Part shown: in pieces, positions 37,166 through 47,254 of the stretch
How positions within the stretch are numbered: the first letter of the stretch is position 1
Layout of the letters: every line of letters starts with the position of its first letter
UHGV virus genome: UHGV-0213393
DNA length: 64,000 nt
Direction: 5' to 3' (one strand)
From: a virus
Translations under genes and position numbers: made by a program
The notes under the pieces: generated by a model
Database searches by the model: none
Seen by the model: the letters and a program-made list of their open reading frames with translations, nothing else
Told to the model about the DNA's origin: nothing

Positions 37166-40100
37166 ATGTGCGCAGATAAAGTAAAGAACATTGTCACCTT
37201 ATCTTCGGACATTTCCGCGCCACTAATTGCAGACATGCAATACTTTGAGCTGTATAGCACCGAAGCTCTAAACAGGAAGATGAAAAATATCGTTCTGCCC
37301 GGTGTGTACTGTGGGTTTGAACCGATGCCAGGGGATGGCCTGTCTGTGCGGATTACATCCGAGAAAACAGATGGAAGAGGGGCGGCTTCAATTGATGTGG
37401 GTAAATGTCAGATATCCGTGCAGCAAGTCAGTGATGTTCTTGTTCCTGTAGAAGCTGGTGTAACGACAATCATCGTTCTTGAAGCTAATTACGAACACGG
37501 AGTGAAAACCAGCCAGGTAGATAGTTCATCGGATATTAGCGCAGCGAGAATTATTGCTCTCGTTGATGAGGAAATAGCATCTAACCAGATTGAGCTATGC
37601 CGCGTGACCGTGCCTGACAATGCTCAAGCCGTTACCGCAGATATGATTAGCACTAAATATCGCGCTAATCGTGCTGTTGGTGTTGAGTTCTCCAGTGCTT
37701 TGGATAGTGACGAAGAATATAAAGCCGCAACGCCTCTTGCTATCAGCACGTTAAACAAACTAAAAGCTCCGGTTGATAGCCCGGAGTTTATTGGTATACC
37801 TAAATCTCCAACTCCGGAACAAGGTACAAACAGTACACAAATCGCAAACACTGCCTTTGTTCAGGCCGCAATAACCGCCCTTATTGATGGTTCTCCTTCA
37901 GCGTTGGATACGCTGAAAAAAATTGCAGATGCAATTAACAATGATCCTCAGTTTAGCCAGACGATTAATGCTGCTTTAGCTCTTAAAGCACCGTTATTAA
38001 GCCCGGCATTTACAGGGGTGCCAACAGCGCCTACAGCGTCACAAGGTACGAACAACACTCAGATTGCAACAACCGCTTATGTTCGTGCCGCTATTTCTGC
38101 ATTGGTCGGCTCATCACCAGAAGCTCTTGATACTCTTAATGAGCTTGCTGCGGCGCTGGGCAATGACCCGAACTTTGCGACTACAATGACAAATGCCCTG
38201 GCAGGTAAGCAGCCTCTCGACGCAACCTTAACCGCGCTCGCTGGCCTGGCGACGGGGGCAAATAAATTACCGTACTTTACCGGAACAGACACTGTAGCCC
38301 AGACTGATTTAACGTCAGTCGGTCGCGATATTCTTGCTAAAACAAGCACACTGGCTGTTATCCAATACCTTGGTTTAAGAGAACTCGGAACCAGCGGAGA
38401 AAAGCTCCCCCTGTTGAGCACAGCTAATACCTGGAGTGCACGCCAGACTTTCAGCGCGGGGATCACTGGTACGCTGACCGGGAACGCCGATACTGCGACG
38501 AAATTAAAAACAGCCAGAAAGATTAACGGTGTGGCATTTGATGGGTCGGCAGATATTACTCTGACCCCTGAAGATCTTGGCTTAACGGATATTGCTTCTC
38601 AAGCTGGTAACGCAGTTCAGCGTTCTGGCGACACAATGGGGGGGCAGCTAAAAATTGGCACAATAAATGCCCTTCGAATATTTAACCAGGACTTTGGCCT
38701 TATCTTCAGGAGATCCGAGGAATATCTTCATCTTATCCCGACAAATGAAGGGGAGGGTGAAAATGGTGACATCGGGCCATTAAGACCATTTTCTATAAAC
38801 TTAAGAACTGGGTTGGTGTCCATCGGTAACGGCGTAAAAGTTGGCGGTGGTATTACTGGTAATTTGACGGGAAACGCAGATACTGCCACAAAGCTCAAGA
38901 CAGCTCGAACGATCGGCGGAGTGTCATTTGATGGCAGCGCCAATATCGACCTGCCTGGCGTGAATAAAACAGGTAATCAGAGCACTACCGGCAATGCTGC
39001 AACCGCAACGAAACTTCAGACGGCACGCACAATCGGTGGGGTGTCATTTGATGGCAGCGCCAATATTGACCTGCCTGGCGTGAATAAAACGGGTAATCAG
39101 AGCACTACCGGCAATGCCGCAACCGCTACAAAACTTCAGACGGCACGCACAATCGGTGGGGTGGCATTTGATGGCACTGCCAATATCAACCTGCCGGGTG
39201 TGAACATTGCTGGTAACCAGAACACAACAGGTAATGCTGCAACCGCTACAAAACTGCAAACAGCCCGCACAATCAACGGTGTTAAGTTTGATGGTTCTGC
39301 GAACATTTCGATACCAACAATTACGTCCAGAGGGCGTGTTACTGCGCTCACCAGTACAACGCAAGGTGCTACCACTGGATTGCAGATGTATGAGGCGTAC
39401 AACAACGGCTATCCTTCTGCTTACGGCAATGTGCTTCATCTTAAGGGCGCAACAGCCGCTGGTGAAGGCGAGTTGTTCATAGGTTGGGGCGGTACAAGTG
39501 GTGCTCATGCGCCTGTACATGTACGTTCGCGACGAGATACTGATACATCCAGTTGGTCTGAGTGGGCGCAGGTCTACACATCGAAAGATTCCATCCCTGG
39601 TGTAAATACCACGGGCAACCAGAACACAACTGGGAACGCGGCGTCTGCAACGAAATTACAAACGGCAAGAACTATTGGTGGTGTTTCATTTAATGGCACC
39701 GCAAATATCGACCTGCCGGGCGTGAATAAAACAGGTAATCAGAGTACTACCGGCAATGCTGCAACTGCAACGAAACTACAAACAGCGCGCACAATAGGCG
39801 GGGTTTCGTTTGATGGTACAGCAAACATCAATCTTCCGGGCGTTAATATTGCCGGAAATCAAAATACAAGTGGTAATGCAGCTACAGCTACAAAGTTAAA
39901 AACAGCCAGAAAAATAAGTGGCGTGGCTTTTGATGGTTCCGCCGATATCACATTAACGGCAAGTCATGTTGGTGCGCTAGCAACAAAAGGTGGTACTGTT
40001 ACCGGTGAAATTATATCCAGCAGCCAAAATGCTATACGCCTAACTTATAATAATAACTATGGATTCCTAATAACTAATACTGGATATAGTTTCCAGATAT

Positions 40101-40555
40101 CAACCACTGGGCAAAATGTTAATGGTGATGTTGTTTACACTCCATTAAAGATAGATGGCGGTGATGGTCGCGTAGAATTAGGACGTGCTGATGGTCATGT
40201 AAGGGTTATGGGGAATTTATCTGCTGCTGGTCAGATTACCCCTGGCAACTATAGTAATTTCAACACGAAATATCAGGCTAAAAACACTGCATATGCCAAC
40301 ATTCATGGATGGCATAAGGATACATCAACTAAGGTGATGATGCAGTGGGGGACTATAGCGGCTGTTACTCCAGGAAGCGTAGTTAAATTTCCGACTTCTT
40401 TTCCTGAGTCGTGTGCGGCAGTTGTGATTTCACCTCATAGCGGGAATGCTGTTAATGCAATTCTTTATACATACAACAACTCTGCCACTGGTTTTACAGT
40501 AAAAAGTAGCTCCACTGATAAAATATATGCACAGTATGTTGCTTATGGGTATTAA
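37166..40555 (+). CDS. tail fibre protein with tandem fibre repeats
   Basis: Repeated 40-aa unit GNQSTTGNAATATKLQTARTIGGVSFDGSANIDLPGVNKT; followed by a tail fibre assembly gene. Confidence 0.8.
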   Translation: MCADKVKNIVTLSSDISAPLIADMQYFELYSTEALNRKMKNIVLPGVYCGFEPMPGDGLSVRITSEKTDGRGAASIDVGKCQISVQQVSDVLVPVEAGVTTIIVLEANYEHGVKTSQVDSSSDISAARIIALVDEEIASNQIELCRVTVPDNAQAVTADMISTKYRANRAVGVEFSSALDSDEEYKAATPLAISTLNKLKAPVDSPEFIGIPKSPTPEQGTNSTQIANTAFVQAAITALIDGSPSALDTLKKIADAINNDPQFSQTINAALALKAPLLSPAFTGVPTAPTASQGTNNTQIATTAYVRAAISALVGSSPEALDTLNELAAALGNDPNFATTMTNALAGKQPLDATLTALAGLATGANKLPYFTGTDTVAQTDLTSVGRDILAKTSTLAVIQYLGLRELGTSGEKLPLLSTANTWSARQTFSAGITGTLTGNADTATKLKTARKINGVAFDGSADITLTPEDLGLTDIASQAGNAVQRSGDTMGGQLKIGTINALRIFNQDFGLIFRRSEEYLHLIPTNEGEGENGDIGPLRPFSINLRTGLVSIGNGVKVGGGITGNLTGNADTATKLKTARTIGGVSFDGSANIDLPGVNKTGNQSTTGNAATATKLQTARTIGGVSFDGSANIDLPGVNKTGNQSTTGNAATATKLQTARTIGGVAFDGTANINLPGVNIAGNQNTTGNAATATKLQTARTINGVKFDGSANISIPTITSRGRVTALTSTTQGATTGLQMYEAYNNGYPSAYGNVLHLKGATAAGEGELFIGWGGTSGAHAPVHVRSRRDTDTSSWSEWAQVYTSKDSIPGVNTTGNQNTTGNAASATKLQTARTIGGVSFNGTANIDLPGVNKTGNQSTTGNAATATKLQTARTIGGVSFDGTANINLPGVNIAGNQNTSGNAATATKLKTARKISGVAFDGSADITLTASHVGALATKGGTVTGEIISSSQNAIRLTYNNNYGFLITNTGYSFQISTTGQNVNGDVVYTPLKIDGGDGRVELGRADGHVRVMGNLSAAGQITPGNYSNFNTKYQAKNTAYANIHGWHKDTSTKVMMQWGTIAAVTPGSVVKFPTSFPESCAAVVISPHSGNAVNAILYTYNNSATGFTVKSSSTDKIYAQYVAYGY
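38440..39960. repeat. tandem near-identical 120-bp repeats inside the tail fibre gene (at least seven units in two blocks)
   Basis: Two adjacent units are nearly identical at DNA level (about 38980-39100 and 39100-39220). Confidence 0.7.
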
Positions 40556-40586
40556 AAATATAGCTAATTAGAATGAAGGTTTTTAA

Positions 40587-41009
40587 ATGGCAAAGTATTA
40601 CAGCAAAGAGACTGGTGGTTTCTACGACGATAGACTAAAAGAAGATTACGATAAAAACGGTTCATGGCCGTCCGATGCTGTACATATACCTGATGACTTA
40701 TATGATGAACTGTTATCAGGGTATGGCAATGGGAAAATAATAATTGCAAATGGCGATGGTTACCCAATGTTATCTGACCCACAACCTATGAGCTTAGAGG
40801 ATAGAGTCAGCATTGCTGAAAACACCAAAAGTAGTCTTATGAATGATGTGAGCATAAAAATATCAACGCTTCAGGATGCTATTGATATGGATATTGCCAC
40901 TGATGAGGAAATAGAAATGTTGACAAAGTTAAAGAGGTATAGAGTTCTTCTTAATAGAGTTGACACTTCTGTTGATGCAGATATCTCATGGCCTGAGATG
41001 CCTGCATAA
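40587..41009 (+). CDS. tail fibre assembly protein
   Basis: N-terminus MAKYYSKETGGFYDD and about 140 aa, typical of Tfa chaperones. Confidence 0.7.
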   Translation: MAKYYSKETGGFYDDRLKEDYDKNGSWPSDAVHIPDDLYDELLSGYGNGKIIIANGDGYPMLSDPQPMSLEDRVSIAENTKSSLMNDVSIKISTLQDAIDMDIATDEEIEMLTKLKRYRVLLNRVDTSVDADISWPEMPA

Positions 41010-41472
41010 ACAATCATAACAATCCAATCAGCACTATTTTTTTGATATTTCAAGCCCTCTTTTGTTGAGGGCTTCATTAGCGTGCGGTTTTGTGTTTTTT
41101 TTGAGCAGCACTGTCCTTCGGCACAAAAAAAGCCCGCCCTCTGGTCAATGACGGCGGGCATAATGAACACCCAGTTAGTAGTATCTGAGAGAGTCGGTAT
41201 TATATTCACTGAATGACGTTTGTGAAGACTCACATGTCATCATTTTGTCCTCAAGAATCAGCTCACATCTTGCGCATTCAAGCGTATTTCTCTTTAAAGC
41301 CGTGTTTGGACCATTTTGTTGATACGCGAATTTGGCATCCTCCACGCTCTGAGTGACGAGGTTTACGGACCACCGGGCCATCATATGCATCCATTTTGTG
41401 TGAATAGCATTTAGTCGGGAAATAACAAACTGGATAAGTTGAAGCCGCGTTAAACGTCATTTCTGGAGGGGT

Positions 41473-41799
41473 ATGTTTGCAGATTATGAAAATCTGGCTG
41501 TAGCAGTCATAACATCCCTGCTGAGTGGAACCGGCGTATTCCTTCTCGGAGTTAGAGACGGGCGCATTTCTGCGTCACTGCTCAACCTCGCGAGTGAATT
41601 GTTTACTGCGGTAACTGCCGGGCTTGCGGGGTTTTGGGTGGCTGATAGCTATGAATGGCCGGAAGGCATCATTTACTGCGTTGTTCTGATTGCCAGTAAC
41701 AACGGAAGTGAAATTTTACAGGGCTTGAAGTCCAGAGCTAGTAACGTCTTGAATCTCTTAAGCGTAATAGCGAGTGGGGGAAAAGGTGGAGAGAAGTAA
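41473..41799 (+). CDS. holin-like membrane protein (LydA-like?)
   Basis: 108 aa with three hydrophobic segments and a charged C-terminus. Confidence 0.4.
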   Translation: MFADYENLAVAVITSLLSGTGVFLLGVRDGRISASLLNLASELFTAVTAGLAGFWVADSYEWPEGIIYCVVLIASNNGSEILQGLKSRASNVLNLLSVIASGGKGGEK

Positions 41800-42245
41800 T
41801 GGGTGACTTTGGAAATTATTTCATTTTTATCATGGCATTTGTTGCCGTTATTGACCGTTTCTTATTTCGTCGCAAGAGTGTTGATATTTTGAGCATTGGC
41901 GAAGCTGTAGTGAAAGAGTCTGCTATAGCGTTTCCTGTGTCGCTTCGCGTTAAGCGAAGCTGGGTAAGCAATGCACAAATCGAATATTGGTTGCAGGACT
42001 TGAAAAATCCATCTGTGGTTATTTCGGGGAAAACAAGACCAGTTGACGCATCAAAACGCGGTGAGAGAGAAGAATATTTGCTCATCGACACGAAATATCT
42101 TGAGCCAGCGAAGTGGGATCTTAAGGTCACATTGACTAACGGTAATTGCCGCCTGAATCCGCTTTATCGCATTTTCCCTATCAATGACTGCATAGAACGC
42201 CAGTTTATGATTGAAAAGTGTGAAGGAGACTGGAATGTCAAATAA
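41799..42245 (+). CDS. hypothetical membrane-anchored protein (antiholin candidate)
   Basis: N-terminal hydrophobic helix; start overlaps upstream stop (TAATG). Confidence 0.35.
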   Translation: MGDFGNYFIFIMAFVAVIDRFLFRRKSVDILSIGEAVVKESAIAFPVSLRVKRSWVSNAQIEYWLQDLKNPSVVISGKTRPVDASKRGEREEYLLIDTKYLEPAKWDLKVTLTNGNCRLNPLYRIFPINDCIERQFMIEKCEGDWNVK

Positions 42246-42852
42246 GTCTAATTATGTTCTTCTTAATTATGATGAGTTAAACGAAAAGGGGCTGGCAAAA
42301 CTCGTCAAAGAAATCGGTAAAGGAGGCTACAAGATAGCGAGAGTGATCCCCGCCAGTAATGGCAGGAAGAAAGACGGGATCATGACGCGCACGTTTACCC
42401 TTATCGGAATCGATGAGCAGACGATGGACGTTCAGGTTAATGATACTGGTGATATTTCTGGTGTAAAACTGAACGGAAAAATTGTTCCTTTCAAGCCAGT
42501 TAAAACGCTGATGGCTTTAGGGCAATCACTGGCTGCTTTATTTAATAAAGGCGCATCATCATTTCAGAAATCATTGGCGCGTAAGTTAGCTCGTGCGGCG
42601 AAATATATTGATGATGGGAATAAGAAAATAAAAGGCGTTAAGTCCAATGCGCAGAAACTAGCAGAGGCAAAGGAATCTCGCGATGCGATCCGCGAGGATA
42701 TTGAAAGGGCCAAAGAAAAATTAAATCAGGTGCAAGGTAATTCAGACCGCGCAACAAGAGAAACTGAAATCATTAGAACCGAGATGGCGCAGGAACTGGC
42801 GAAAACTCGCGTATTGAAAGAAGAAATAGCGCGCCTGGAGGAAGATGCATGA
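42235..42852 (+). CDS. hypothetical coiled-coil protein
   Basis: Start at MSNKSNYV after GGAGA RBS. Confidence 0.4.
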   Translation: MSNKSNYVLLNYDELNEKGLAKLVKEIGKGGYKIARVIPASNGRKKDGIMTRTFTLIGIDEQTMDVQVNDTGDISGVKLNGKIVPFKPVKTLMALGQSLAALFNKGASSFQKSLARKLARAAKYIDDGNKKIKGVKSNAQKLAEAKESRDAIREDIERAKEKLNQVQGNSDRATRETEIIRTEMAQELAKTRVLKEEIARLEEDA

Positions 42853-44801
42853 TAAAGAAACCTATTCGAATAAATATCCAGTCCACTTTTGCAGATACGC
42901 TCACTGGATATACGCCTAATCGTTGGGTGGCGGAGGATATCACCGAGGATGATTTACTTATCGAGCCTGCGACGCTGGAAGATATCGAGCTGGCCTATAT
43001 GGGCAACGAAATTTTGGTAACTACCAATGAGGCAATGTTCGAAGCTATAACCACAACAAAATTGCGGTTAGCGCAAACAATGCGAGCATTTGTCCGGGCG
43101 CTTAATCGCGGCCTGAATGGCACTGACATTGCTGCGGGTACGGATGAGGCAGGTGAATATGAAGACGGACGTAATAGTATCGGTGGGGCAATCATTGGGC
43201 GCGTGCGCCGGGTTGCTAATATCCCTGTTGTAACAGCACAAATACCTCTAACCGATGGGCAAACGACAAGCATAATTTTCCATTCTCCAACCGCAGACGG
43301 CACAAGAATTAAAGGGGATGACGAGCTGGTTGCGTTTCAGTTTCTTCTTAACAAAAGAAACGTTACGCATGTTGTTGCGCCAATCGGTGGGCGTGATGTA
43401 TCTCTGAGCCAGGTGTGTCAGGCGCTTTCTAACCTCATTGAGCGTAACAGTGCAAAATTCAAAAAAGCAAAGGAGCGCCAGGACAAAATGAAGGCTGATA
43501 TTGAGGGGTATCTCAATGAAGCCGACAAGCTGGCAGAAGAACGTTCTGTGCTGATTGAGCAGGTTGAAGACGCACAGCGGGGGCTGGCAGAGAAACGCTC
43601 AACACTCAATGATATGCAGAATAAATTAGACGCACAAAAAGCCCTTAACGCGGAATTGCAGGCTAAACGCGATAATTTATTGTCAGCTAAGAGCCAAGGA
43701 ACTAAAGAGCGTGCCTTCAATGATCAACTGCGACACATAAAACATAATCTTGCTACAGAAGGCCAAACAACGCTGGATAATGGTGCTGTAGTTAAGTATG
43801 TCACGTCAGGCAGTGATAGCTTTGTCACTATTGAGGCACCAGAAGGCAATTTCAGTATTGATGTCAGTGCTGTTAAAGGTGGGAGTTCAGCGGACGCTGC
43901 AACCAAATTACTTAAAGCCTATCGTGAACATAATGCTGATCAATACAAAGTGGATGTGTTGCCGGGCCAGCCTGAGCCAACTGATCAGCCGCAGCCTGAA
44001 CAGGAGCCACAACCAGCATCACATCCTGATCCCCTGGAGGTTGGTAAATATCGCTATGCGCTCCAATCTCGCCCGGCGGGTGTTGGTGCGGTTCCTGAAG
44101 GAAATAAAGCTGTACTTGACCGTCCTGATCAGGCTGATCCGTATTACGAATATGCTCGTCACGGAATCATTACGTATGACCGCAAACTGACAGACGAAGA
44201 AGTCAGTCAGTACGAGTTGCTATATCTCCCTGGTGACGATGAATTGAAAGAGATTGCAGGCGAATTGGTTGCGTCCAGTATGTCGAACCATATTGATGGC
44301 TATGTTGATCTGTTTGGAAGCGACTTGAAAACCTTTAAGGCGCAGATAAAAATCCTCTTCCGCAAAGCATTTCCTAACGTCGCTTATCCACTTGGAGATG
44401 GGGAGAACCTTTTTATAATGGATATCTATGACGCGCTTCAGAATCAATCAGAAGTAGTCGAAGCTGAACAGACATTAGATCAGGCACCGGAAGCTGTACA
44501 AGAACCAGAACCTGAGTCTGAACCTGAATCCCCCCAAGAGTCTGATACAGGTTCAGATGGGCCAGTAGTTAGTGAGGCTGATCAGGAGGCGGACAGTGCG
44601 CTGGAATATCTGAAATCCGTGCCGTTGCAGTTTACGTCCCGTGATTTGACGGTGATTAGAGCGGAGTTTGATCGCATTCAGGAGGCAGCTAATGTTCTTA
44701 TCAACGCAGGTCGATATGATGAGAACGAGTCACTTGTTGGTGCGGCAGCCGATCACCTGATCAACATTCTGGCAGAGATACAACAAGGGGGCGTGTGGTG
44801 A
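42849..44801 (+). CDS. large acidic virion-associated protein (DarA-like candidate)
   Basis: 650 aa with central coiled coil and Pro/Glu-rich linkers; position after holin-like genes recalls the P1 lydAB-hdf-darA order (from memory). Confidence 0.4.
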   Translation: MIKKPIRINIQSTFADTLTGYTPNRWVAEDITEDDLLIEPATLEDIELAYMGNEILVTTNEAMFEAITTTKLRLAQTMRAFVRALNRGLNGTDIAAGTDEAGEYEDGRNSIGGAIIGRVRRVANIPVVTAQIPLTDGQTTSIIFHSPTADGTRIKGDDELVAFQFLLNKRNVTHVVAPIGGRDVSLSQVCQALSNLIERNSAKFKKAKERQDKMKADIEGYLNEADKLAEERSVLIEQVEDAQRGLAEKRSTLNDMQNKLDAQKALNAELQAKRDNLLSAKSQGTKERAFNDQLRHIKHNLATEGQTTLDNGAVVKYVTSGSDSFVTIEAPEGNFSIDVSAVKGGSSADAATKLLKAYREHNADQYKVDVLPGQPEPTDQPQPEQEPQPASHPDPLEVGKYRYALQSRPAGVGAVPEGNKAVLDRPDQADPYYEYARHGIITYDRKLTDEEVSQYELLYLPGDDELKEIAGELVASSMSNHIDGYVDLFGSDLKTFKAQIKILFRKAFPNVAYPLGDGENLFIMDIYDALQNQSEVVEAEQTLDQAPEAVQEPEPESEPESPQESDTGSDGPVVSEADQEADSALEYLKSVPLQFTSRDLTVIRAEFDRIQEAANVLINAGRYDENESLVGAAADHLINILAEIQQGGVW

Positions 44802-45166
44802 AAATATCAGTAACGGAGCGCCTTAGCTTAGGCAAAGAACTGTCTGAGCTGATGTCAGCGCAAAAAAGCGCGACTGCGGTACAACGTGTCACTATTGGCG
44901 TGCGGATAGTTGAAGTGATGATGAAGCTGGGGCTTGGTTCATCGAATAATCCAGCACAACAGCAAGAAGAGGAAGTGCAACCGGCGGCACAAGAAACGCC
45001 TAAAATTGTTGCTGACTTCCTTAGTGGTGCATTTACTAAATCATCACAAATGGAGTTCATCGATGCTTTGAGAGGCATATCTCAATATATTGGTGAATTT
45101 TTGACACTCGATCAGGCCAAAGAACAGACCGTAAACTGGGTTTCAGCTAACGGGTACGCAGCGTGA
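44795..45166 (+). CDS. hypothetical protein
   Basis: ORF overlapping the end of the upstream gene. Confidence 0.4.
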   Translation: MVKISVTERLSLGKELSELMSAQKSATAVQRVTIGVRIVEVMMKLGLGSSNNPAQQQEEEVQPAAQETPKIVADFLSGAFTKSSQMEFIDALRGISQYIGEFLTLDQAKEQTVNWVSANGYAA

Positions 45167-45176
45167 AAGAAAGGGG

Positions 45177-45198
45177 CAGCAATGCCCCATTTTTAATC
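45177..45198 (+). terminator. rho-independent terminator GGGGCA-GCAA-TGCCCC plus T5
   Basis: Hairpin and T run read from sequence. Confidence 0.55.
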
Positions 45199-45955
45199 AG
45201 AAAATAATGTCGTCAACCTTTATATTATTGTTTATTTTACTTCTGAGAACGGCTATCTGGATCACTGCAGGTATTGTAACGCGATAAGCTGTGCCCCCAA
45301 TGTCAACTAACGTCCATGCGGCCGTTATTGCCCATCCAATTGGACCGGCTAAAAGGCTTACTATTCTAACTAAAGTAGCATTTGCTGCAATTGTTAAACC
45401 ACGACCGATCAATGCCTTTAGTATAACATTGGCTAACATAACTGTAATTTGATATGATCGGAATCCGCCACTATTAAAAATATATTGTATTGCAGCCAGC
45501 ATCGCTTCACGATTGAATGTTTTTAAGTTTACTAAGCCAAATTCTAAAGCAAGTTCTTTTATGTCTTGCTGCGACATCTTATCTAAAGCATCACTTAAAA
45601 TCTTCATAAGAAGATTTCTCTCAATCACACCCACTTCGCTTTCAGAATTAAAGTTTACTTTTAGCCTTTTACATACATCAATAAGAATTTCTTTATAGTA
45701 AACTCCTTTTCCACCACGCAACAATGTTGCAAATGTATTTCCACCATAGCATTGGATTTCGGCTGCAATTTCACGCCAGTATAAGCTATGTTGAGGTCTA
45801 AATTGCTTATATAGTGGGTTGTTTGATAATTCTTCAGTCCAGCGTTTTTTCCCATCGCTGTCATAAATCAACAGATTGACCAGATCATCTAGATCACAAT
45901 CGCTGCACTGCGATAAAAATGTTAAATCTCTATCTGCGCGATAAGCCATATCCAC
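45197..45955 (-). CDS. hypothetical protein with C-terminal hydrophobic helices
   Basis: Soluble N-terminal region then two hydrophobic segments (ITVMLANVILKALIG...LLAGPIGWAITAAWTLV); AT-rich. Confidence 0.5.
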   Translation of the reverse strand: MDMAYRADRDLTFLSQCSDCDLDDLVNLLIYDSDGKKRWTEELSNNPLYKQFRPQHSLYWREIAAEIQCYGGNTFATLLRGGKGVYYKEILIDVCKRLKVNFNSESEVGVIERNLLMKILSDALDKMSQQDIKELALEFGLVNLKTFNREAMLAAIQYIFNSGGFRSYQITVMLANVILKALIGRGLTIAANATLVRIVSLLAGPIGWAITAAWTLVDIGGTAYRVTIPAVIQIAVLRSKINNNIKVDDIIF

Positions 45956-45966
45956 ACTCCACTTGC

Positions 45967-46428
45967 TTAAATAATGTTTACACCTAACTTATTGACAATA
46001 ACCATATAAATTGTTGAGCATTTTGTTATGCTGTCTTTATATTCTTTTGTTAATATTTCCTCCAAATGCTCACCAACAAATTTCCTCATAATATTATTCA
46101 TTGTATGTAGCTTGGTATATATATTTTTCCCATCTATAAGATTATCACGCTCAACAGGTGAATAAGATACTACCCAGCCTTTTTCAATTAACACCCGTGC
46201 GGACTCTGTAGATATGTTAAGTAGGACGCATGGATCTATATCCACAACCTTACAAAACTTTAACATATTCTCTACTGAGAGAGCCGATTTACCATTTTCA
46301 ATTTTCCCCCAACCAGCACTTGTCATACCTAGCTTGTTTGCTATGTCTAATTGGGTGATTCCTTTCTCCTCGCGAAGGTCTCGAATATGAAATGCCAAAA
46401 TTGTCAAATAAGATGTTTTCATCATCAC
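45967..46428 (-). CDS. XRE-family helix-turn-helix regulator
   Basis: N-terminal HTH ITQLDIANKLGMTSAGWGKIENGKSALSVENMLKFCKVV. Confidence 0.6.
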   Translation of the reverse strand: MMMKTSYLTILAFHIRDLREEKGITQLDIANKLGMTSAGWGKIENGKSALSVENMLKFCKVVDIDPCVLLNISTESARVLIEKGWVVSYSPVERDNLIDGKNIYTKLHTMNNIMRKFVGEHLEEILTKEYKDSITKCSTIYMVIVNKLGVNII

Positions 46429-46743
46429 CCTCCGATATCTACCATGATACTAATTTTTTATTAAACTGCAAGTTTAATAAACTGGGTGTAGCACTGATTT
46501 TCTGTTAGAGATGTCGATGAGATAAATTCGGTTGATATTTATCCTGTAAAAATGGGGGAGGGGGGGAAGGGCTTAACCTCATGATGTTCGAAGACAAAAC
46601 AGAACAAAGTGATTTCAGGCTGAAAACCTGACCTGGCTGCTGGACACCCCGGATAACCTCCGGGGGATTCGGTATTTCTTCTTTGAATAGAGCGTTTTTA
46701 ACAAATACCCCGTAAATCCTCGCCCAGCCAGGGCGGGGAGCAG

Positions 46744-47175
46744 TCACCGCATTGGTGTGACAGATACGGCGATATTTTTATTCAGTTGATGCAGTGCCAG
46801 CTCGACAGTTTCAACTTTTGATGAATGTTCGACGTCGAGAAGCCGATCAATCTGTGTTCCATTTTTTCCGAGTTTGCGCGCCAACTCTGCTTTGCGTGTG
46901 CCGGTTTCTATCATCGCGTTGTGGAGTGCAGCCTTCATTGCTGGTAGCACTGGCAAAGAGACAACGTACTCACCTTCTTTTGGCTCGCTACCAGTGGGCA
47001 CAGGTCGGCGTTCTTCAATCTCAATCGCAACCGCTGCGACCAATCCATAACCAGCCTCAAGCAACGCTTCTTCAACTGATTCACCCACGGAATTAAACAA
47101 TGGTAGGTCGCGGCATGATACGACATACGCGCCGGTTCTGTCGTCGCGCTCCAGCTTTACCGGAAAGTTAAACAT
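46744..47175 (-). CDS. hicB: HicB-family antitoxin
   Basis: MFNFPVKLERDDRTGAYVVSCRDLP N-terminus and C-terminal HTH (KAELARKLGKNGTQIDRLL) resemble E. coli HicB. Confidence 0.75.
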   Translation of the reverse strand: MFNFPVKLERDDRTGAYVVSCRDLPLFNSVGESVEEALLEAGYGLVAAVAIEIEERRPVPTGSEPKEGEYVVSLPVLPAMKAALHNAMIETGTRKAELARKLGKNGTQIDRLLDVEHSSKVETVELALHQLNKNIAVSVTPMR

Positions 47176-47185
47176 AAAGAAGCTC

Positions 47186-47254
47186 CTAGTGAAAAAGGCT
47201 GGGGCTTAAAGCCCCCTGGTCCTTCATTATTTTCTTGCGTAGCGGTTCAGGCAT
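47186..47254 (-). pseudogene. hicA: probable hicA 3' remnant (22 codons) immediately upstream of hicB
   Basis: Minus-strand translation MPEPLRKKIMKDQGALSPSLFH resembles the HicA C-terminus (EPLRKAILKQLGL) as I recall it; abuts the IS end. Confidence 0.4.

Noticed and set aside
41120-41460. Small minus-strand ORFs (60-120 aa) between the tail fibre assembly gene and the holin-like gene
   Set aside because: No RBS and no recognisable motif; a minus-strand terminator-like hairpin at about 41125-41160 hints at a transcript here, but the coding assignment is not supportable.
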